From: Candidatus Heimdallarchaeota archaeon
Lineage (GTDB): Archaea; Asgardarchaeota; Heimdallarchaeia; Hodarchaeales; Hodarchaeaceae
Assembly: GCA_048881705.1 (NCBI GenBank)
Contig: JBHLSH010000016.1
Location: forward strand, 1-42,892
Direction of reading: 5' to 3'
Length of the DNA: 42,892 nucleotides
A model generated the notes under the pieces. That model made no database searches, was not told where the DNA came from, and saw nothing but the letters and a program-made list of their open reading frames with translations. Shown here one piece after another: positions 36,757-42,892 of this stretch; position 1 is the first letter of the stretch, and every line of letters begins with the position of its first letter. Position numbers and translations under genes: made by a program.

Positions 36757-37019
36757 TTCCTAGCTTGCCATTCGTTCGGCGACTGTTTTGTTCATACTCT
36801 TGGAAATGAGGATTTTATGTATTATAAGATATTCAAAATATCATCGTAATCAACTACATTCATTTCCAAACGAATAATGATATTGAAACCTAGGGGTAAA
36901 CCCAGAACCGATCTGAAGTCAAAGCATTTGTCGAAAAATCTATTCTCGATTCACTGAGCGACTTCGAAAACAGGATCATCTCATTTAAAGCCAAATCTGA
37001 ATTATAATCAATTAAAGTT

Positions 37020-37463
37020 ATGTTTAAATCAAACTTAGGTAAGATTATGCATTCCAGCTCAAATAATGAAATAAATACATCTGCCTCCGATCAAAGAAGC
37101 TTGCTCTTATGGGATGGAAATTGTGGATTCTGTAATCTAGCCAAGGGTATATTGAATGAGAAGGACAAATTCTCTCTAATAAGGTTCAGGAAATTACAGG
37201 ATCCAAAGCTTTCAATGAATGGATCCTATACAAATCGAGATTATGAGACTTTATATTTTATTTCAAATAAAGGGGTAAGATTCACTCATGCGCGCGCCTT
37301 TTTTGAAGCTATGGCGGTTTTGCCTGGCCTTTGGGGGGTAGCAGGTCGGGCATTTGCGAATAGGTTTTTTGGTTTCATTGGATTTCCATTTTACCTGTTA
37401 ATTTCGAAAAACCGAAAAAGGATTTCCCACTGGTTACGGTTAAATCTTGAAGATTCACTTTAA
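37020..37463 (+). CDS. DCC-family (DUF393) thiol-disulfide oxidoreductase
   Basis: LLWDGNCGFC motif, DKFSLIRF, and Y.LISKNRKRI. The start could be the later ATG at 37047. Confidence 0.85.
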   Translation: MFKSNLGKIMHSSSNNEINTSASDQRSLLLWDGNCGFCNLAKGILNEKDKFSLIRFRKLQDPKLSMNGSYTNRDYETLYFISNKGVRFTHARAFFEAMAVLPGLWGVAGRAFANRFFGFIGFPFYLLISKNRKRISHWLRLNLEDSL

Positions 37464-37592
37464 ATTGATTGAAATAATTCGTGCCCAAAATTGGGATCTA
37501 TTTTTAATCAGTCCTCAGCTGCCCTCATCAGAATTACATAGTTTTCTTATTGATACCTGCAAACATCGGATGTGAAATTGACCGGAAAGTCA

Positions 37593-38768
37593 CTAACTAT
37601 CGAATGCGAAGTTTTTGTGTCTGTTAAGGGTGGATAACGGATGTCCAGAATCATAGGATTTTCTTAGATGAGATAGAGAAACATGAGTGTAGAGCTGGGT
37701 CGTTGATAGTGAAGCATGACCCAGAAGTTCCTGTATTACGCGGATATCAACCGCGTTGGATAGAAGATGGGTGGCAAATGCGTGGCGTAGAGTATGAGGA
37801 GTAAGTTTTCTGTCATCTAATCCAGCTAGCTTCTTATACTTTTTAACGATACGTTGAATGGAGCGTGGGGTTAGGCGAGTCCCCTTCTGGTTTAATATCA
37901 ATGCTGAATCCTTACGATCAAATTTGTTTGAGTAAGAAAGTACGTATTCGGCAAGAATAGGCACAAGAAGGTCTGGTATCGGAATTATCCGATCTTTATT
38001 CCCTTTCCCGTTTTCGACCCGGATGACTCGATTGCCAATATCAATATGTTCCATGTTCAAATTGCTGAGTTCTGAGACCCGTAATCCTGTACCGTAAAGT
38101 AGGTACAAAATAGTCTTGTCTCTAAGATTTACAGGACTGGAGAACTTTGTTAGCATCTCGAAAAGCGATATCGTACTCCTTTCCTCTATTGATTTAATCT
38201 CTGGCCTAGTCTGTAAAACTGACATAATCAGCTCAGGAATGGGAATTAAACTATTGACCAAGCCGTCGTTGTTTTCTACAAGGATTGTTTCGGTTGCAAG
38301 ATCGAACTGGAAGTTGAAACCCTTATTAGTATGGGGTAGATTAATTTCGCTTGTGATTAAATACAGGATTGAGGCATCCCGTTCTCCTCCGGGAGCTGCT
38401 AGGAGTCGAAAGACCTCCTCAACTGTAACAGTCTTTGGTAAAGATTTAGGTATTTTTGGAGACTCTATTTGCTCTACGGGATTATTAGTAATATAACCTG
38501 TTCTTCGCAGGTATTTATAAAACGACTTCAGAGCGCATATCTTTCTATGCAGACTTCGCGGAGCGTACTCCTTATCTCTCTTTAGAAAAAGCAGGAACCG
38601 GCGAATATCTGTGGTCGTTGCCTTTTCGATTTTCTTCTTCACCCCTGCTGACGATAAAGATTGCTCGAATAGCTCCAGATCATAGGAATATTCCTTAATC
38701 GTTTTCGGGGAATAGTTCTTCTCTACCTCCAGGAAAAGCAAAAACTCTTCAATACAGTTAGTTTGCAT
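37593..38768 (-). CDS. xerA: XerA/XerC-type tyrosine recombinase with an 86-aa internal insertion
   Basis: N-terminal EKNYSPKTIKEY..DL and RKICALKSFYKYL. Catalytic R (TGLRVSE), K (GKG), HxxR (PHTLRH), H (LGH) and Y (TQLYTH). ATG at 38768 preferred over 38849. Confidence 0.92.
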   Translation of the reverse strand: MQTNCIEEFLLFLEVEKNYSPKTIKEYSYDLELFEQSLSSAGVKKKIEKATTTDIRRFLLFLKRDKEYAPRSLHRKICALKSFYKYLRRTGYITNNPVEQIESPKIPKSLPKTVTVEEVFRLLAAPGGERDASILYLITSEINLPHTNKGFNFQFDLATETILVENNDGLVNSLIPIPELIMSVLQTRPEIKSIEERSTISLFEMLTKFSSPVNLRDKTILYLLYGTGLRVSELSNLNMEHIDIGNRVIRVENGKGNKDRIIPIPDLLVPILAEYVLSYSNKFDRKDSALILNQKGTRLTPRSIQRIVKKYKKLAGLDDRKLTPHTLRHAFATHLLSNAVDIRVIQELLGHASLSTTQLYTHVSLSHLRKSYDSGHPLSTLNRHKNFAFDS

Positions 38769-38879
38769 ATTACCAGCCAGCATACCAGGTATATAGAAGT
38801 ATGAACAAGATAAGACGTGGGATAATATCGACGTAGCACCTGAAGCCACTAAAACCGAACGAATCTGCGTCGAGAAAGG

Positions 38880-39416
38880 CTATTCAAAAATGCGGTTTGA
38901 TAACTTCACAATGCCAGCTTCTTCATCCCATGTAACAAGCTCAGCCCGATTAAGTTCATGGATTGAGTGTAGTACCACAGCTGCGGAGACTCCACTCGCT
39001 TTGGTCAGCTCTTCACGCGTCATTTCTGATTTATCACCGTGAAGTAGGTAAAGGATTTTCGCATGGGGTTGACCCGCGAAAACTTTTTCTAAGAGGGCAA
39101 TATAGATACCGAGTAATTGCTTAACATCGAGTGATGCCTCCTCTTTACCGGTCATTTCCTGATATAGTTCAGAGATCTTTTTGAGCTCGTTTTCAAGATT
39201 CATATAGTCAAATTCAAGTTGTTGGCGATGTAGATGAGCTTCCTCGAGCGCCTTTGCTCGTGCTTCGATTTCTTTTTCTTTAATCTCAATTTCTGTTTCC
39301 TTCGTTTCTAGTTCCTTTCTCATGTTTACAAGTTTCTCGTTTTGTAGCATAAGAGTAGACTTAACTCTCTCTATGGTAGGAATAATCTCATCAATATCCA
39401 GGGGTTCATCGCTCAT
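38880..39416 (-). CDS. Coiled-coil protein with C-terminal winged helix-turn-helix
   Basis: A heptad-rich E/K helix over about residues 15-90, then PHAKILYLLH...MTREELTKASGVSAAVVLHSIHELNRAELVTWDEEAGIVKL. Confidence 0.75.
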   Translation of the reverse strand: MSDEPLDIDEIIPTIERVKSTLMLQNEKLVNMRKELETKETEIEIKEKEIEARAKALEEAHLHRQQLEFDYMNLENELKKISELYQEMTGKEEASLDVKQLLGIYIALLEKVFAGQPHAKILYLLHGDKSEMTREELTKASGVSAAVVLHSIHELNRAELVTWDEEAGIVKLSNRIFE

Positions 39417-39472
39417 TTACAAACATCCTTCGTCCGATAATAAATCTCTCGAATTGATTTAATACAAGCCTA

Positions 39473-39507
39473 ACGTAGGATACCGGTGTCGAAAATGTAT
39501 CCTACGT
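39473..39507. promoter_or_regulatory. Perfect 11-bp inverted repeat with 13-nt spacer
   Basis: ACGTAGGATAC-CGGTGTCGAAAAT-GTATCCTACGT, about 56-90 nt upstream of the wHTH gene. Confidence 0.55.
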
Positions 39508-39707
39508 CACCTCCTGCTTTCTTTGTATCTATCGGTTTATTTATACTTATTGTTTATTCTCTCCTTACTTTTTCATACCTTTTTAAAAAGGTACTGTGCT
39601 TAGGTATTATTGTCGGATAGAAGCATCGGGTTTTGGTAGTCCAGGATAAATGGCTTTCGTGATTTTTGAAAAACAATTCCAAATCCCCGGCCCTGATTAT
39701 TGATCAC

Positions 39708-40649
39708 TTATTTCGAGGGATTGAAGAAAACTAGGTAAGCAAACTTGTCATATACTTCGGGGAGAGTATGTAGAGAAATCAAATCCCAAATCCTTCGTTT
39801 TTCATTATTTACAAGACCGACTTCTGAAAATCCCCATGAATTGCATATTTCTTGAATTTTAGCCATTTGCGAAGCAACGGAGCTTTTACCGCCCTGAGAA
39901 TTCAAGAACTTTGCAATTTTATAAACTGAAACGAGCACGCAGGGAATATTAAAGGCAGAGATTAGAAGCTCGAGCTTGGATAATATCTGTTCCCTTAGAT
40001 TCGCACCTAAATCGAGGTGTTGATCGTATTCAATCAAATCACCTAGGTTTACTCTTAAGATATCAAATGATGTCGGAAAGAAGTCGCTAACGTTACCTGT
40101 TGCCCCGATAGCTATTGCGTTTTTAGGCGGAACCGAGTTCTCTTCTTCCAAGGACAGCTGAAACGAGGGGGGAAGAATAATTGCTTTTGTTTCCAATCCC
40201 CTATCATCTCTCGGTTTATGCCTATGAATACTACTACTGATAAGATAATATGGCTGATAGGGTTTGAAGTCTAGTTCAGGATTTGAAGAAGTTTCGAATC
40301 TTAGGCGAGGAAGGACAAAAAAGTTGATGTTCGATCCAACAATTGAAATTCTTAGATGGCTTGCCAATTGAAAGAAAAAAGGGGCTGTTTTAAGACCTGT
40401 GGACCCGTCAATGAGATAGAGGGATTTTAAAGAGCATTCTTTCGGGGTCGTTTTCCAATTGTAGCTTTTCTCGGTAATTTTTCGGGTAATAATTGAGTAT
40501 TTGGGGATACCACTAAACTCTCGATAGAGCATATGGCTGTGCGTTCGAAAGAAAATGTAGTCTGGGGCACAAAGTAGCTTTATCCGTCGACCTTCTGAGA
40601 TAATTCCAGCTGATTCAAGTAAGCTATCCAACACGATTTCCGGTTTCAC
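39708..40649 (-). CDS. Hypothetical protein
   Basis: Long ORF with no recognised motif. The GTG at 40649 avoids overlap with dph2; the ORF track starts at 40748. Confidence 0.6.
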   Translation of the reverse strand: MKPEIVLDSLLESAGIISEGRRIKLLCAPDYIFFRTHSHMLYREFSGIPKYSIITRKITEKSYNWKTTPKECSLKSLYLIDGSTGLKTAPFFFQLASHLRISIVGSNINFFVLPRLRFETSSNPELDFKPYQPYYLISSSIHRHKPRDDRGLETKAIILPPSFQLSLEEENSVPPKNAIAIGATGNVSDFFPTSFDILRVNLGDLIEYDQHLDLGANLREQILSKLELLISAFNIPCVLVSVYKIAKFLNSQGGKSSVASQMAKIQEICNSWGFSEVGLVNNEKRRIWDLISLHTLPEVYDKFAYLVFFNPSK

Positions 40650-40714
40650 TAAAGCACTCTTATAATTTTTTTCCTTCTCGGTTGTATTTAGACGGAATAA
40701 CGGATGAAAGCAAA

Positions 40715-41734
40715 GTGAAAATCGATTATGACCTGGCCATTCCTTCATTAACGAAGACTATTCAAAAAAAGGGATGGAATAGAGTCCTTGTCCAGATGCC
40801 CGAGGGGATGTTGAACCATCCTCTCCAAGAAGTTCTCACGGCGTTAAAGGCATTGAACGTTACCGTATTCGTGGAAGGTGAGCCATCATATGGAGTTTGT
40901 GATCTTGCAGTTGATACTGCGATTGGGCTGAAGGTAGATGCGTTAATCCATTATGGCCACACTTCATTTGGTTTTGAACAGCGAGTACACAGTGCTGAAG
41001 GCATGATAGATGTGGTATTGGTTCCTGCTCTCATTGGGAATTATCACATTGATTTACCAGAAATAATTAAGAAGATAAAGGAGCTAGATTGGAAAAAGGT
41101 AGGACTAACTGCTACCGCTCAGCATATGATGTATTTACATAACATGAAAGATCAGCTTGAAGCACATCAAATCGAATCTGCCATTTCTCAGCATGGCGGG
41201 CAAATTTTGGGTTGTTATATTGGTAAATCCAAGACCGAATTCGGAGCTAACGATATTGATGGCATTGTAAGTCTTCACCCTGGGAATTTCCATACACGAG
41301 GATTATTGTTCTTAACATCTCGGCCGATTCTTCAGATTGATCCCATCACTGGTAATTTATCATTGTACACAATCTCAGAAAGGGATACGTTGATCAAAAA
41401 GAGATTTGCGGTAATTGAAAAGGCACGAAAGGCGACAACTTGGGGAATAGTAAGCAGTCTTAAACATGGCCAATGGCAACCAAATCCTCATAAACGTGCC
41501 TCCAGGATACTAAGTGAAGCGGGACTTAAATTTGTTGAATTAGTTGGAAAAACAATAACACCCTTGTATCTGGCCAATTTTACCTGGATTGATGCTTGGG
41601 TAAACACAGCGTGCCCCCGAATAGCTCTGGATGACGTAATCAGATATCACCGTCCAATGATCACATTCCAAGAATTTTTATATCTATTCGACCAAATCAC
41701 CTGGAACCAGCTTCTAGAAAGAGGATTCATGTAA
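40715..41734 (+). CDS. dph2: Diphthamide biosynthesis enzyme Dph2 (2-(3-amino-3-carboxypropyl)histidine synthase)
   Basis: VQMPEG, EPSYGVCD, IHYGH, GQILGC and TACPRI..DD give the three cluster cysteines. Start is GTG 40715 or TTG 40682. Confidence 0.9.
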   Translation: MKIDYDLAIPSLTKTIQKKGWNRVLVQMPEGMLNHPLQEVLTALKALNVTVFVEGEPSYGVCDLAVDTAIGLKVDALIHYGHTSFGFEQRVHSAEGMIDVVLVPALIGNYHIDLPEIIKKIKELDWKKVGLTATAQHMMYLHNMKDQLEAHQIESAISQHGGQILGCYIGKSKTEFGANDIDGIVSLHPGNFHTRGLLFLTSRPILQIDPITGNLSLYTISERDTLIKKRFAVIEKARKATTWGIVSSLKHGQWQPNPHKRASRILSEAGLKFVELVGKTITPLYLANFTWIDAWVNTACPRIALDDVIRYHRPMITFQEFLYLFDQITWNQLLERGFM

Positions 41735-41893
41735 TAAAACAGCAAAACTAATGTTCTGATAAAACTAGGGCTTCTGATGCTGAGAACTTCTGGGTTAAGT
41801 GAAGCAAGAAGGTTTTTTCTAGAAGATTTTTTAAAATATTAGAACCTAAGTCTCCTTACAATGCCTCGAAATGGAAAGGAGGTTGAAAGGTAA

Positions 41894-42844
41894 GTGGAAG
41901 ACAGAATCGTTTCCATTGGAGAATGGTTCCACGAGGAAAAAACGGAAATCCTTCGTGCCACCTCATCCTTAAGAGGAAACAGCATCTTGGTTATTCTTTC
42001 CGATGAGGGCGGCTTACCAATATTTACTCGAGGTATACACATAAATGAGTGGAATGGTGGAATTGAGGATCTGGATTTAGAGATTTCGTCGTCTAATGAA
42101 AATATCCTCCTGATGTCGGGATTGATAGAAGCAATTATGCAGCTTAAGGAAATTGTAAAACCCGTAATTTTCAAGGTTACTGGCAGTAAGGAGGATAAGA
42201 AACCATTGTATTTGGATTATGCAAGAACTAAACAGGGAATATCATTAATCAGCCTTTCAACATCCCCAGATTTTCAACAGCTGCCCACTTCGCTGTTAAA
42301 GCAGATTTCTCCACTAAATGAAGACGTACGAGAACTTCTTTTTGGTAATTTGGAGGTTAATTTTGAGAAATCTGTCGTAGCTCCTTTGAGCGAAGATGTA
42401 GCGATTTACTGGCGAGTTTTGGATCGAATCAAGAGGGACCTTGCGGATGTAGTATCGTTTATATTGGTCTATAATAATGAAGGTAAATTCCTTTTTTCAA
42501 CATCCAAAAAGCCTGAAGTTGATATAGCTGATCCCCTTTTGATGGCCATCTCTCATTATATCAAAAGACAGTATGTAGGTTCGAAATTTAAATCTGAGAC
42601 CCTAATTGGGTCCAAACAGCTATCGTCTAGCGTGATATGGCATTTCAAGTGTTTTGACAAGATTTTTGTTTTTTTTACATATAAAATTCCAGAGATGCAT
42701 ACCTTTGATACCCTAAAGTCCGAATTGCTGACATTTATCTCCAATAACCTAGAAAAATTCATTTCTTCCATCCAGCTATTCCCTAAAAAGCCAGAAGACG
42801 CAGAAAACAATCTCGAAACCTCCCGAATAATTCTACTTTCCTAA
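41894..42844 (+). CDS. Hypothetical protein with possible tandem longin-like domains
   Basis: Two hydrophobic-strand-xxG motifs typical of longin N-termini (ILVILSDEGGLPIF; FILVYNNEGKFLF), each followed by an L...L..AI helix. Confidence 0.5.
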   Translation: MEDRIVSIGEWFHEEKTEILRATSSLRGNSILVILSDEGGLPIFTRGIHINEWNGGIEDLDLEISSSNENILLMSGLIEAIMQLKEIVKPVIFKVTGSKEDKKPLYLDYARTKQGISLISLSTSPDFQQLPTSLLKQISPLNEDVRELLFGNLEVNFEKSVVAPLSEDVAIYWRVLDRIKRDLADVVSFILVYNNEGKFLFSTSKKPEVDIADPLLMAISHYIKRQYVGSKFKSETLIGSKQLSSSVIWHFKCFDKIFVFFTYKIPEMHTFDTLKSELLTFISNNLEKFISSIQLFPKKPEDAENNLETSRIILLS

Positions 42845-42892
42845 AAGAAAAAAATCCCTTCTCCTCGTACTTATAATTCGGGAAATTTTCAT

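Noticed and set aside
37020-37463. DCC oxidoreductase as a CcmG substitute
   Set aside because: It has no export signal or TM anchor and lies 17 kb from the ccm genes.
37593-38768. Integrase marking a provirus or integrative element
   Set aside because: The XerA/C-type N-terminal domain, housekeeping neighbours (dph2, OFOR) and absence of att repeats, tRNA or viral genes point to a chromosomal recombinase.

Overview
Gene-dense, ~40% GC archaeal DNA, most likely from an Asgard archaeon. This is inferred from an Arf-like GTPase fused to a longin/roadblock-like domain, a second longin-like ORF, dph2, xerA, PGF-CTERM proteins and TATA-like promoters. I saw no rRNA, tRNA, CRISPR array or IS element. 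Left part (1-11.6 kb): class III aminotransferase, FGGY kinase, the Arf-like GTPase, a PIG-V-like GT-C glycosyltransferase, an orphan DNA methyltransferase, and the two halves of eukaryote-type AASS (LKR and SDH) as separate tandem genes. Centre (12-29.5 kb): a redox island, the most interesting part. It has a complete but variant cytochrome c maturation set: ccmA, B, C, E, F, plus a ccmD missed by the ORF track. CcmE has CxxxY, CcmC lacks the first heme-ligand His, and no ccmG/H is present. The ccm genes flank two duplicated, Thr-stalked, PGF-CTERM EB_dh/DOMON-like proteins whose only cysteine lies in a conserved C-x-H motif. I found no CxxCH in any ORF of the window. Next comes a putative operon: tandem-DOMON protein, Tat-exported 4Fe-4S protein, NrfD/ActC-like membrane protein, zinc-less extracellular LanC-like toroid, and a DOMON-like protein. 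A rhodanese and an auracyanin-like cupredoxin lie beside it. A shared WTTACA-N10-TGTAAW palindrome sits upstream of both halves of the island. Right part: 2Fe-2S ferredoxin, 2-oxoacid:ferredoxin oxidoreductase alpha/beta, 7Fe ferredoxin, an unannotated 42-aa basic ORF, an Lpd-like flavoprotein with a degenerate NAD site, a DCC oxidoreductase, a XerA with an internal dead duplicate of half its catalytic domain, a coiled-coil/winged-helix gene, dph2 and a longin-like gene. All family calls come from motif recognition by eye; no database searches were run.
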